Counted from the stretch's first letter, positions 34,084-47,471 are shown. The stretch is 64,000 bases of DNA from Selaginella moellendorffii (GCF_000143415.4 NW_003314262.1:5862304-5926303), one strand, 5' to 3'. The notes: a model not told the origin generated them from the sequence alone. Numbers and translations are program-made.

Positions 34084-37000
34084 ATGGGAAAGAACAAGCG
34101 CGGCGCCCCCGCCAAGAGCAAGGGCAAGGGCAAGGGCAAGGGCAAGAGCAAGGCGCGGCAATCCATTACCAGCAATGCCAGCGACGACGGCGATGCGCTG
34201 CTCGACGAGGAGATCACCGCTTTGTAAGTTTCACGCGAATTGTAGCTCAGCCGACTGAATTCTCCTCGATCAGATCGGCGATATTTCAGAACGATTTCAG
34301 CGTTGTCGCGGATCATCTGATCAAGGAGCTCACAATAAATCTTCGGTAAGCTTTTTCTTCGTGAGAATTTCTTTTTCTCGAGCAATTATCTTCCAGGCCA
34401 CATTCTGAGAATGAAAACGATTTTTCTGCTCATCTCTTCGTAAGGTGGGGTTGAAAATTTGTCTAGCAGAAAATTCTTCGCTCACTTGGTGCTTGATTGC
34501 TAGGTGTTTTCCTGGCTATCCCTGGAAGCCCCCGAAGTTACAAATCGCAGCGAGTGATAAATCGTTGGAAACTGAGTGCCATATTCTACACGGAATGCTG
34601 GTGGAACAGGTTCGCAAACTGTAGTCTAACTCATTGTCGATCTAGCATTTTCCTTCTTAGGCTGCTTTGTGTGCTCGAGAAGGAAGAGTTATGATCTTCA
34701 ATCTTGTTGAAGCTGCCCAGGAGTATTTCTCGGAATGTCTCGCCAACTTAGCTCAAGAGCAAAAAAAGGTAAATTCTCTGAGAATCTTGGTTCTGACATG
34801 GCCATATCGTTTCATTTTCTGTGTCTAGGAGTTGGACGAAAGCATCGCACAAATGTCCGAGCCTCCCATTGTCAAGGAATCAGAGCCAGTGAACTCTGAT
34901 TTCGTCTACTGTGACTTATGGGAAAATAGTGGCACCTGGGAAGGCCCGGACAGTCTTCCCACTGGACAGACTCCATTAGAAAAGGAGATTCCTTCGTCAA
35001 GTATTCCAAGCAGACCTGGTTTTCGGAGACCACCAGCTTTAGTTTTACCAGAGCTAAAGCCGCGGGATTCAAAGCAACATATTAAAGGTTTAGATGCTGA
35101 TAATGAACCCCGCGAAGCATCGGCAGAAGACGAGCAGTTATCTAAAGACGCGGCTGTGAGCGAATTTCTGCTTAAAGCATTCTCTGGCTACAAGGTGGCG
35201 CGAACTACGAGGGTATGATTTCTAGTTTTAGTCTTTGCTAATTAGTGGCGCTTTTTGTAGCAACCGGCTATGACTTCTGAGGCACTGGGAACCGGAGGCG
35301 ACGACGACGCCATATTTGCCATTCAAAAGGACTTGATTCTGGTTTGTACATTTTATAATTTTCTTGGCTGATATCGTTGCAGGTATATCTACTTCGTTTG
35401 GCCTGTGGCAAGAAAGGTCCTCTACCGAATTCATTGTCCGAATTGACTTCTCAATTGTCACAACTCGGTGTACGTGATGTTTTTCGAGAGAATTTGCTGT
35501 ATAAGTTTCTTTTTATGCAGATCATGCCATCGTGGGCCGAGGACTTGGTTTCTCGTCAACCTCAAATGTTTCAGGCAACATTCAAACGTATTTTTAAGCA
35601 GACCGTCGACAAGGATAATGTTTCGGAGTTTAAAGTAAGCATTGACATGATCATTGTTTGTGTTTTCTATTTCTAACGATGAACTTAGAGAAATTTGGAA
35701 AGGTTTTGGAATGCAAGTCCCGATTTGTTAGGAGAAAATGATGGCAATCTTGCAGCAATGAATTCGAGATACTTGTCTGACTTTGAAGAGCTTTGTTTGC
35801 TGGGTAAGGAAGAGCGTGATGGAATTTTCTTTACAAAAAAATCTCACGTGTTTTACACAGGGAAAGGTGGATTTGGCCATGTAGTTTTGTGCAAAAATAA
35901 ACTCGACGGGCGACGATATGCCATGAAGAAGGTCAAGCTTAAAGATGAAAACCCTTCCGACAAGATCTTGAGGTAAGTTATTGCCAGACTACAACGATCC
36001 TGAGACAAAATGTGACAGGGAGGTTGCTACTCTTTCACGTTTGCAACATCAACATGTTGTTCGCTATTATCAGGTTTGAGTTTCCTGTTCGTTTCTATGC
36101 CTGTGCTCAATTAATATTCATATAGGCGTGGTTCGAGACAGCAGCAGGGGGTTCTTCTGGCACTCCCTATGGAGAAGAATCTGAAATTTCGTCAAGCTGG
36201 GTCGATACGCCGGGCTCCTCAAGCAACGATGTCAACACGGTTTCAACATTTTTGTACATTCAAATGGAATACTGCCCAAGGTTGGTGTTAGTGCATTCTT
36301 TTTAGACCGTGTGACCATGTGGTTTCGATTTCAGGACGTTGAGAGAAGTGTTTGACACACGATCAGTTCTAGACAAGGAGTTGACTTGGGGAATTTTTCG
36401 TCAAATTGTCGAAGGCCTTTCACATATACATGGGCAAGGAATCATACATCGAGATCTTACGCCAAGTAATATATTTTTTGATACTCGAAATGATGTCAAG
36501 ATTGGTGACTTCGGCCTTGGTAAGTTTCGCATATTACGTATCAAATCGTTTATGACAGGTGTGTGTGCAGCTAAATTTGCGGATCTGCAAAATCCTGATC
36601 AAGATCACCGTGTTCCTGTAAAATTTGAAGCAAACGTAAAGTCACTCGAAGGGACTGGCCAAGTCGGTACCTACTTTTATAGAGCTCCAGAAATTGAACA
36701 AGCTTGGCCACACATTGATGAAAAGGTTGGTTTTCTAAGTTAAGAAACTTTACTGATCTTTCCTTTCAGGTTGATATGTACAGTCTGGGTGTCATTCTGT
36801 TTGAGCTGTGGCATCCATTCAGCACAGGCATGGAGCGTTATGTCACTTTGAACGAGCTGAAACAGCAAAATATTTTACCTTCAAACTGGGCGGCTAAGTT
36901 TCCGCACCAAGCAGCGTTGGTACATTTGCTAGTATCGCCTCATCCTCAAGACCGTCCTTCTGCACGGGAAGTTCTGCAATCCGAGCTCTTGCCTCCTAGG

Positions 37001-39137
37001 ATGGAAGATGAAGCATTGAAAGGTATTGCGACTTTTGGTTTCTACCTTACTTTTCTGGCTTTTCTCGTACAGATATTCTGCGAACCATCCACAGTACCGA
37101 TAATACTTTTGTTTTTGATCAAGTTATTGCTGCTTTGTTCGACGAGGAAAAACTAGCTTCGAAGACTGATAACGAAGCAAACCTTTCGATTGGTGACTTG
37201 GATCACCTTACGCCTAAATGGCTGACAGCACAAGAGCTGGTTATTGGCCTTACTAAAGACGTTCTTACGAGGCACGGGGCCCGCAAATTTCGAAGCCCAA
37301 GCATGACCGTAGCTTCTGATGTCAAGACATCAAACAGGTTGGCTTTTTTTTGTTGATCGGTTTAGAGGCTTACTTGTGCGCTTCTAGATCTGCCGTCAAA
37401 GTTATTAACTCTTCAGGAACGATGTTTGAATTACGTTATGACACCCGTCTTTTATTTGCGCGTTGGGTTGTCCTAAATCAGGTGATGTGTGTGTGTCTGT
37501 TTCTTTCTTCTCAGACGTGCATAATGTTTTCCAGAGCACGTCATGGAAGCGCTACGAGATTTCTCATACTTACAGGAAAGGCGTGGGATATCGTGCGCCA
37601 AAGGAGTATCTTCAAGTAAGGAATGTTTTGGTTTACAAAAACACAAAAAGGATTGCTTGCAGGGAGACTTTGACATAATCGGCGGTTATCGTGCATTAGC
37701 CGAAGCCGAGGTCATCAAGGTAATTGACGGAGTCCTGCATGGCTGTTCTTTCTTACAATCCAAGCTACAGGCAGCTGCCGATATCATTTCCAGGGTGTCC
37801 TCTACTGAAACATGCGAGCTACGTCTTAATCACCTTGAAATTCTAGATACCATATGGAGCTGGAGTGGCGTAACCAGACAGCAAAGGAAGAATGTGGCTC
37901 AGGTATGCTCTTGGATTTTACTTTTGAGATATTTTCTGTGCTTTATTTCAGATACTTGGAACTATGACCTTCCTCCGTCCTCAATCAGCAGACCGGAAGG
38001 CCAGATGGGTTTTTGTTCGTCGGCAGCTTATCCAGGCATGCTAATACGTGCTTAAGCTTTGTGAGGCTCAGTTTTTGCTGCAGGGTTTACATTTATCCGA
38101 AGCCGTGGTAGACAGGCTTCAAACAGCTGAACGTCGCTTCACAGGAAACGCGGATGAAGTTCTTGCTCGACTAAGAGGAGCTTTATCTAATAGTAAGATA
38201 CTACTCGTGTTTAACAAGCATAACCTTTGATCAGGTCCATCGAGCATCGAAGCGATTGAAGAGCTCTCAAGACTACTAAGCTATTTGAGAAATTGGCGTG
38301 TAGAAATGTTACTTACGGTCGACGTTTTCATCGTTCCGAGTGATTACTACTTTAATGCCGCGTATTTTCAGGTGATGAATATGATTTTTGACTCAGCTAA
38401 CAGTGCATGATATGTCAGATATATTTTCCTAGAACAAGCTACCCCGGGGCTCAGGGTATGCTTCTTGCCGTGGGAGGCCGCTATGATGTACTTCTTGAAC
38501 ACCTCGCTAAGGATTATGGAGTAAGAACTACAACTGTCCTTGCTTTCAATAACTTCACTTGATCAGGTACACACTCCACCGGGGGCAGTGGGACTGACTA
38601 TTGCTTTGCAAAAGCTGATCCATATTGCTATGAAAGATAGGTACTACGGAAGCTTGTTTATCAATGCAGAATTGAGCTTGTCATGCAGTAAAAATGAAAC
38701 GGAACCTGCTGAAGTTCTCGTATGTTGCCGAGGAGGGGGTGGTCTCCTGAAAGAGAGAATGGAATTAGCAGACGAATTATGGTCCGCAAATGTCAAGGTG
38801 AGCAGATTTATTGTGGTCATTCTCAACAAGCATCTACGTAGCAGGCGGACTTTGTATGTGCGATTGCTCCGAGCCTGACTGAGCAGTACGAATATGCGCA
38901 TGACAATGGAATCAAGGTGCTTGTAATCATCACGGAGTCCGGCTTATCCCAGGGGGTGGTCAAGGTAGTTTGCCTCCTCCTGTTTCCAAAGCTAAATCTT
39001 TTCGGTGTTGCATGCAGGTTCGCCATTTAGACTTCAAGTTTGAGGTAGACGTTCGCAGGGATGACTTGGCTAAAAGCTTGGCGGATTTGATTTCTGGTCC
39101 CCTAGCCGTGAAAATGCTACGACAGTCTCTGATCTAA
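34084..39137 (+). CDS. GCN2: eIF2-alpha kinase GCN2 (RWD, kinase, HisRS-like and anticodon-binding domains), more than 20 short introns
   Basis: Lys/Gly-rich N-terminus, RWD 'FPGYP', 'SRYLSDFEEL..LGKGGFGHVVLCKNKLDGRRYAMKK', 'LYIQMEYCP', 'HRDLTPSNIF', 'GQVGTYFY.APE', 'ELRYD', 'LAVGGRYD' and 'EQYEYA..NGI'. Confidence 0.95.
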
Positions 39138-39257
39138 TCTGGTAACTTGATCTCATGAATTTTTTTTAAATATGATCTAATAGTTATGCTTAGATTCTTG
39201 TGAGCTTCTCAAAGTACACCCTTATGTGTAAGTTATTCCTTTTATGCGTTACTCCTC

Positions 39258-40544
39258 TCACAGCTCCGAGCATGATGCAGGTGCGAAAGTGACGGTGGAT
39301 TTCTCATTGTCGAACATGATATGGTAGCCTTGCTGCATCACATTGCCGATGATATTAATCCCGATGCTTGCGCTGGACATGATAGCGAGACAAGCGACTG
39401 ATTCGTTCCACGCTTCGGCATCGGCTCGACTTGGGACGACGATGTAGTTATCTTGGTGAAGGTTCATCCAAGCGTCCGGGAAATGTAGAGCAAGGGAGGG
39501 AAAGGTGTAGTCTCTCTGGAGGGAAATGTTATAGCACAGGTCTAGGCCTACCGAGGTGCCGTTAACCAGGGGAAGATTAATCCGGCGGCTGAAAACACTT
39601 ATCACTTGGATGTACACGCCAAGAGGAAGAAACGTTAGTGTAGTGCCAGAGTCGAAGATGGTGCCAACCGAGCTATCGAGGTCGCTGTGAGGCATGGAAA
39701 TGGTATAGCCGTCAGCCGAGACACTAGTGAGGTTCACGAAGTAGAACGTTTCGTCGCCATCGTGGGTGAGAAGAGGTGTGGACTGGGCATTTGAAGCATG
39801 GACCGGAGCAGCACTGCCGTAGAAGAAGGGGCTGGGATGGTCAAGTGGCGAAAGACAGTAGGAGAACTTGTTCCCGATGGAGTCACTCAGCTGTGTGATC
39901 AACGAGACTTGGCCTCGACCGAAGCCAGCAACGCCGTCTAGGTTCGGGAAGCCGCTTGAAGATAAGCTACAGCCGACGAGGATATCGGAAAACTTCGAAC
40001 TAGTCGTGTTGGACGTCCTGAGGGAGACGGTCTCCGTGACAACCAGGCCAGATGTTGCTCCTCCTCCTCCGTATTGGTACTGGTACTCGCAAGAGTAGAG
40101 GCAGTAGTCGTTGAAGTGTGAGCAGGCATCGGAGCAGCTCACAGTATGGAAAGTTGACGACTGTGTATAGTTGAAGCGGTTGGCGGCGCTTGGTAAGCAT
40201 TGCACCCAGACGAGGTCACTCCCGGTATCAAACAGGACGTCCATGCGTTGAGGAGGAGTTCCGAGCAGAAGAGGCATTGTGTAAGCACTGCCCACGTCGG
40301 TCATGGGGATCCCGGGAATAGCTTCCCCTTTGCCTTCTCCGGCCTTGGACGCTAGATATCTGGCTCGTAGGAAGCTGTTCTGGAACCTCTTGGAGATCGG
40401 TAAGTTGGAATCGCGTCTTCTGAGCTCTGTTCTGAATCCATCCTGTTGTGTGGCTCGCAGGAGCGGATGGACGTGAGCAGGAGCAAGTGGAAGCGTGAAA
40501 AGAGCCAGCGCGAAGAGCAGCAGGAGAAAGGAGGAGATCGCCAT
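39258..40544 (-). CDS. Secreted A1 aspartic protease, nepenthesin-like, intronless
   Basis: Signal peptide, catalytic DTGSDLVW and DSGTT motifs, FSYCL, and IIGNVMQQ..FD..FAPASC. Confidence 0.93.
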   Translation of the reverse strand: MAISSFLLLLFALALFTLPLAPAHVHPLLRATQQDGFRTELRRRDSNLPISKRFQNSFLRARYLASKAGEGKGEAIPGIPMTDVGSAYTMPLLLGTPPQRMDVLFDTGSDLVWVQCLPSAANRFNYTQSSTFHTVSCSDACSHFNDYCLYSCEYQYQYGGGGATSGLVVTETVSLRTSNTTSSKFSDILVGCSLSSSGFPNLDGVAGFGRGQVSLITQLSDSIGNKFSYCLSPLDHPSPFFYGSAAPVHASNAQSTPLLTHDGDETFYFVNLTSVSADGYTISMPHSDLDSSVGTIFDSGTTLTFLPLGVYIQVISVFSRRINLPLVNGTSVGLDLCYNISLQRDYTFPSLALHFPDAWMNLHQDNYIVVPSRADAEAWNESVACLAIMSSASIGINIIGNVMQQGYHIMFDNEKSTVTFAPASCSEL

Positions 40545-41185
40545 TGCCAAGGCTGTTTTTCGATCGAGCACCCGAGCCGCCGAAGACAGAACTTATGTGA
40601 GGCGATGTAAGTATATTTTGCGTGAGCTTGGATTTGTCGTGCGAGCACACCAAGCATGCGGAGCTTATAAAGATTGTGTGTTTCGATTTCCAGGCCAGCA
40701 CCAAAGGCAGATGGTAGACGGTCTCATCAAAACCGAAGCTTACATTTTGCGTAAGAATCACTTAAGCATTTTGACTTTGCTATACAGCGCTTGTTTTCCC
40801 GACTAAAAAGAATTTTCTCCCCTCATCTCTTTTGTGCAGCCGCCAAATGGTTGACTGATCAGATCGAGCTTATTCTTATTTGCAGGTATGTTAAAGGAAA
40901 AAAGTGACTCTTTCTAATAAATGTTAATGTCTTCTACAGCTCCAGGTGAAAGACTACCAATCTAACAATTGTTGAAACATTGGATGTTCTTTATTTCCTT
41001 CTCGTTTATGAAATCTAATGGTTCTGAATATTCTATGCGCTATGTTGGTGGGAAGTTCACGAGTTTGCCACCACTTTTCAGAGCTCTTGTCCAGAAAGTC
41101 GGCGAGCCCCAGCACCAATCTCTCGGTCTGTATATATATTATTCGTTCGGTATAATGTTCTGAAAGCTATGTTGAGGAGAACGCC

Positions 41186-42317
41186 ATGACACGGCAAACG
41201 CTAGTTCTTCTCGTCTGCTCGGTGTTTTTACTCGGCCTGTCCAACTCGGAGTACTACTCAGTCGACACTTTCGGTGGTAACGGGTTTTCAAAAGGACTGA
41301 GGTTTGGATTCTATGCAGCTACTTGTCCAAAAGTGGAAACCATTGTCCGGGAGTCTTTCACTAGCAATATCTTTCGAGACCCGACTGCTGCCGGTGCTCT
41401 CATTCGTTTGGCGTTCCACGATTGCCAAGTCGGGGTACGTAGATGTTTTCCTCCAATCTTAACAGTTTTGGCCAACTTTCTGTGCTTCTCCAGGGCTGTG
41501 ACGCGTCCATCCTGCTCAGCTCCTCCGACTCGATCACCAGCGAGCTCGTCTCCGATAGAAACTTTGGAATCCGTCGACTGGATTTCATTGACAGCATCAA
41601 GAGCTCGCTCGAAGCGTCGTGCCCGGGTGTGGTTTCCTGTGCGGACATCATAGCCTTGGCTGCAAGAGACTCCATCAGGATCTCGGGGGGACCAAACATT
41701 CCCATACTCCTGGGACGAAGGGACTCCACAAGCGCCAGTAACTTAGCGGCCGATCGATCCATTCCACTCCCAACTATCAGCGTCGACGACACCATCAGCC
41801 TGTTCCAGTCCAAAGGCATGACGCTCCAAGAAACAGTGGCCATTCTAGGTACTCCTACTTCCAAATTCCCACTGCTGCTCCAGCTCTTTTCTTCGCTCTT
41901 TTCTTGTTTGTAGGTGCTCACACTGTTGGTGTTGGCCACTGCGTAAGCGTCCTGGATCGACTGTATCCAACGCAAGACCCCAACTTGCTCCCTCCTCGCT
42001 CAGCGCAGCTCCGAGCTCAGTGTCCTCCCACGCCGCCACAGCTCCTCAACAACAACACCTTCTTCGCCAATGACTTCACCAACGTGTTCTTCGACAACCA
42101 GTACTTCCGAGACATTCTCAATGGGCAGGGGCTGTTTGGAATCGACTCAAAGATCGCGCTTGACAAGAGAACCTCCCGGATTGTCTCCATGTTTGCGACG
42201 AACCAGGCGTACTTCTTTGCGGTCTTCTCCTCGGCGTTTAATAAGATGCTGGCGTCCAACGTTCTCACGGGTAGCAGTGGAGAGATTAGAAGAGATTGCA
42301 AGGTTGTCAACTCGTAA
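41186..42317 (+). CDS. Class III secretory peroxidase (PER29-like); exons 41186-41434, 41494-41848, 41914-42317
   Basis: Distal RLAFHDC..GCDASILL, VSCADIIALAARD, GRRDS, proximal GAHTVG and FDNQYF. Confidence 0.95.
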
Positions 42318-42570
42318 GTAGATCATCGAAGTTTAAAGTTCTTTGCTATGGTTGCTATGATATAAAGAAAACCAATTGATTTGAGAAAGGAAGTTTTGAC
42401 ATTGTGATATGAGCTTTGACTTTTTTTTTCAGAGAATGATGGAATGAAAGTGAAGTCGTGGATTGAGAGTTCGATTTTCTCTCTATAAAGAACACGCTAA
42501 TCTTCGTCACCACCGAAATAAAACCATCAAGAGAACTATATGGGAGCTTTTGGCTTTGTGTTCGTTGAGT

Positions 42571-42670
42571 NNNNNNNNNNNNNNNNNNNNNNNNNNNNNN
42601 NNNNNNNNNNNNNNNNNNNNNNNNNNNNNNNNNNNNNNNNNNNNNNNNNNNNNNNNNNNNNNNNNNNNNN
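42571..42670. other. Assembly gap (100 N, true size unknown)
   Basis: Run of 100 N. Confidence 0.99.
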
Positions 42671-43750
42671 GGAAGAGAGGTCGCCGTGCTTGAGCCCGGT
42701 GAAAAACGAGCGGAGGTCTCCTCCAAGCATCCATCCAGCTCCTCGAGAACGTTGCTACAAGTAACTCCCGCCCAAGAGACGCACAGCTGCTGCGAGTTCC
42801 CCGAAGTCCAGTTTGCTGGGAAGGCTGGAAGAGCTCTCTCTTGCCAACTGCTCATTGCTGATGACAAGAAGCTCGAGTACCTCTCCGTGTTCGACAAAGA
42901 CAAGCGTCACTGGGCAAATACCTCCTGGGCTTGGCAACTGCACAAAGATCGAGTGGTTTGACATTGACATCTACAAGGTCCAGTTCCACAACGCTGGGAC
43001 TCAATCGTCTACTCGCAGCAAAGAGCTGTGGAACATGACCCAGCTTGAGTTCCTCAGCGTGATTGGAACCATGTGTAGAGGGACAATCTCTTCATTGATA
43101 ACATGACCAAGCTCGCACACTTGAACGTCGGCTCAAACTCCATAATCGGAGGGGTCATATGACCAGGGGAAATTGGCAGGTGCAAGAGCTTGGTTTACCT
43201 CAACACCATCCCAGAGTCGATCCACTGGCAAACCTCCACATCTTTGGCTGGGAAGCAACATGCTGACTGGAGCAATCCCTTCCTCCCTTGCCCAGCTTTC
43301 CAGCCTCATAGGCTTACATTTGGATCACAACGCATAGGAGAGATCCCTTCATCACTGGCCCGCCTTCAAAAGCTGGAGACTTTGATACTACTTGTAAACA
43401 CGTTGGAGTTATGGGTTACATAACTTCAGCCAACTTTCTGCATGTTGAGATCCCCCTTGAACTGGCAAACTGTACCTCCTTGCAAGTGCTCGAGGTGTCT
43501 AAGAACAAGAGGCATTCCATCAGTCTTAAGACTCTGGGGAAAGGAACAGGCTGGTGGGAAGCATCCCAGTTTCACTACTTACAAAGCTGGAGTGATTCAA
43601 GGTAGGGAGTAACCCTATCCATGGCTTGGATATTGACTTGAGGAGACTTCAAGTTCTCTCCCTGGCAAGAAACACCTTTCAAGGTAGTCTTCCTCACAAC
43701 TCGAGGTTGCAACCACAACAACATTTATGGGGAAATTTCAAACACGATCA
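42671..43750 (+). pseudogene. Decayed plant LRR (RLK/RLP ectodomain) gene
   Basis: Fragments 'LEELSLANCS', 'TGQIPPGLGNCTKIEW', 'GEIPSSLARLQKLETLIL' and 'EIPLELANCTSLQVLEVSKN' lie in shifting frames with stops. Confidence 0.8.
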
Positions 43751-43849
43751 GTGAGCAATTAGACATATCATGGGAATTCATTCATTAGCTGTTTAGAGGG
43801 TTTCATGGTGAAGCATGATTATAGTATGCTGTTTTACTCAATTCTTGTA

Positions 43850-44770
43850 CTATGGCCATTGCTTAACTAACTGCTTTGTTAATGTATTATATAAAGATAG
43901 TTTACCAATATTTTCAATTATAAGTGCACTTTGTGTAGAACTTTTAGTATTAGTATTTGAGGCCCATATTGGAATTTCTAAACTATTATATATAATCAGA
44001 TTTTGATTAGTATTGAGAACTACATAGCATTTAAATCCTTTATTTGATGTTTTTGATTCCCAAATTATTTTTGTCAAATAAACAAATATTAAATTACAAT
44101 TTTTAGTTATTGTTAATTTATAATTTCCATTTGAAGAAACAATGGAGTTTGCTGAGAGAAGATAAGATCCTAAATAGTTTTTATTTCCACTTACTAAAGA
44201 TGATCTATAAATCCAACAATCATGTTCATCCATATTTATCTAACAATGTCACAAAATATTTCAAATGACATTAGAAATATACTTAATTACCTTTATATTT
44301 TTTATTGTGAGATTTTGTTTATCATTTATTCTGTTCCCATGTACTATATATTCTAATTCTATAAATTCGTGAACAGCTCGAATATGACCATATAGTCCAG
44401 CTAAAGCTTGATCTACAACTGCTTGAGCAAGAGTTGTAAGTAATATTTTAAGGTATTCGCCTCTAACTTGCATATTAGATCCCATAGGTATGCAAAATTT
44501 AGCATTAGAAATATCATAAGAATATCCATGTATTGATATTTTCATAGAGATTTGAGAAACTTTAACTCCTTCAAAGTTTTGTATGGGAAAAGTTCCTACC
44601 CTATAATTTGTATTATTATGAAGACTATGGAGAAAGAAAACAAGATTTTTAAATATTACATATGCATCTTGATCAGAAAGTGTATCAGTAAATGATCTAA
44701 GTGTGAAAGTTAATGTTTTTACAACAATTATAATTAAAAATAAAGAGGTAAGAAAAATATATAAATTCAT
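43850..44770 (-). CDS. Putative secreted 289-aa protein: unrecognised N-terminal domain + C-terminal bulb-type (GNA/B-lectin) domain; exons 44770-44291, 44239-43850
   Basis: Hydrophobic leader MNLYIFLTSLFLIIIVVK. The two ORFs share a frame and are joined by a 51-nt AAG|GTAATT..TTGTTAG intron that removes three stops. B-lectin pattern 'SSNGNYKLTITKNCNL..IIWESKT..CYVVLNTNQNLIIY..PIWASNT..LIIENIGKLSLY'. Confidence 0.65.
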
Positions 44771-45779
44771 CCTTCTGTATATATAAAATGAGTTAAGTAA
44801 TATTCAGATTCAACTATTTATTTTAAAATAATTTTTAAAAAGTTGAGAAAAAAACAAAGTTTTTAAAGATAATACTTTTCTCTTTTACATTTTTCTATAT
44901 TTCTTTTTCTCTTTTCCTAGCTGACGCCTATATATAAAATCTATAAAGTTGAATAGATGATAAATTTGAGGAGCTTTAAATAATGATCTTTGAGTATTGG
45001 CTGGTTATGAACATTATGAAGAAGTTCAATAAATTATAAAATAAAAACAATTCACCATTTTTACAAATCTAAATCAAGTAATAAATAAAACTTCCATGAA
45101 TTGATTTATAAAACAAGTAAGTTTTTATATTTATCCTTAAAAAAATTATAGAGGTGCCAATTTCAACATGCTCAAATACCAACACAGAGAAATTCAAAGA
45201 GAGGGGAACAAGAATTAGAGTCCAACTCCGTGCTATGTCAATCCATAGTCCACAGATGTATACCTCTAAATCTTCATTGGTTATTAATTCCATGTTTTAT
45301 CTATCATCTCCAATGTGAGTGCACTATAATTGTACTGATATAAGGAACTTGTATGGCATGCTATTCATAAAATAGGTGTCCATATGTCCATATCACACCC
45401 CGCTGCCTCACACACACACATATGCAGTTCATGTGGTAAAACCCCATAGGCCTAGATGGTTTTTTACCCATGGCAAGTACAAGATGCCCCAATATATTCC
45501 ACTGGCATGGGAATATGACTGAGAATTCAATGGCCATTCTATGAGTTATCAATTGCCATCCAATGAGATGGGATAGTACATGCCATTGCCTTTGATTTTG
45601 GTCACTTAGTGAAGTCTATTGGCTATAGCAATGGTAGTGATGGTGATTATAGTGGAGTTGGATGTTAAGGTAACTCATTTTCCTCAAGATGATAATGATT
45701 ATCACATTTACCAATGAAGAGTACTTAACTTAACTTAACTTCTAAGTATTTCCGTTAGAGTGGGATGTGGAGCTTGATT

Positions 45780-45975
45780 ACCAAATCCAGTGTTGCAGCA
45801 CTAGATCCAGTGACCGCTGCCGCCAGATCCAGTGCTGCCGAGTGCCGCTATGCTATATCCAGTGCCACAACAACTGCTGTGCCAGATCCAACAACAGCTA
45901 CCATGCCAGAACCAGTGCTGCTGTGAGTGCCCTAAATCCAGTGCCACAATTGCCACCACACTAGATCCAATGCCA
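45780..45975 (+). repeat. Degenerate minisatellite with a (G/A/T)ATCCAGTG core, about 8 units of 21-30 nt
   Basis: Recurrent aatccagtg, gatccagtg and tatccagtg separated by GC-rich variable segments. Confidence 0.6.
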
Positions 45976-47471
45976 GAAAACTCTCTACTCATGTGATTTA
46001 TCAATTCTCACACTCATATTTTTTTTTTTTTTGCAGTTCAGGATTCAATAAGGGGAGGAGGAGCATCAAGCTGAGGCCTTCTTCAACTTTGAAATGAAAA
46101 GGTGAGCACAAACAACTTCATTGAAGCCCTGTGATGCTTTGCTACTCTCATAAACCCTGCCAATGGATCTAGAGCTTAAACTCTAAGCCTTCACTAAAGG
46201 ACATGAGGATGTTTTCTAGGAGCATCAGGCCATGGCAGTGGACAAAGACGAATACCAGATTTAAGCAGGTCTTAGCCTCCACCCTAGATCATTCTCCAAG
46301 GGGATTCATTAATACGATTAGGTTTCTACCTTGTTTATGTCAGGCTATTACAAATTGATTGAACTAATTCAAAGATCACATCAAATCCCATTATATCCAA
46401 AATAGTGAAATTCATATCCACTTTTTATGTCTTTATTTCAACTCTTGTTTATCAAACCTCATTAGTGTTTTGAATACCTTGAACAAACTTTATAATCCTC
46501 AATTCTTCCAGTTGTTGCATTGTTAGTTTGACTTGCTAAATTATATCTTGTTACAATTATAACAATACACTTCTAAAAGAATATCCCTACCTAAAGAAGT
46601 CTTAATAACCCGATATAAATTCTCTAATTCCCCACTTGTGTCCCAAAGTCAAGCCCCTTAGGAAGGGGTGAAAACTAATGAATCTTATGGTACTCAAATG
46701 AATGGGGCACCATTTTACTTTATTCAGGAGCATTATATTTACTTTCTCTTCCAAAAATAGGAGTTATATTTGAGCATGTTCTTTAGGGGCTTATTCTCAC
46801 CAAAAGCTATTAACCCTCAATTTGAACATTAATACGATTTAGAAACATTATTGGAGAATTCCTTTAAGACTTGGTCCTTAACTTCACTTTCTTTATTATA
46901 CTTTTAAAACCTTCTGCACCTAAGAGATGAGTGTTTTATATGTTCACCCTATGACCTATATTAATATTTAGACTCGTTTTCGAACTCAATCTTGTCTAAC
47001 CCAAACTTTTTATTGTTTCAATTGTGATTTTGGAATCATTTAGCTTATGATATTTGAAGGAGTTTGTTCCTTACAGCCATCAATCTTGTAGTTCATTATA
47101 AAAATTGGCTTCAATAAGATCAATTGGCTTCAATAAGAATGATCATATCATGGATGGTAGTTCAATAAATAGCATAATATGTTTCCTTTGCACCACTTTA
47201 TTCAGATGGCAATGATGTGACACCCATGCAAATTAATGTTTTTAGTCATCCACCACCTCACATCTATGAAATAATAATATTGCATCAACAACCATCTATA
47301 TATTTATTATGGTGATCTAGACCATAGTGTTGCTAATTGCCTAAAGGTGTCCATGATAAATGCAGCCCCTAACCTATTCTATAGGGAAACAAAGACTAGC
47401 ACATTTAGGGTTGTTTCATCCCTTTATTGTTCTTTAAGCTTGTATTGCATATTTCCATTTTATTGCCTTAG

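Noticed and set aside
45060-45620. Minus-strand fragments faintly resembling Ulp1 protease or a GH18 C-terminal motif (GIHLWTMD)
   Set aside because: Single short motifs amid many stops. Not distinguishable from chance without a search.
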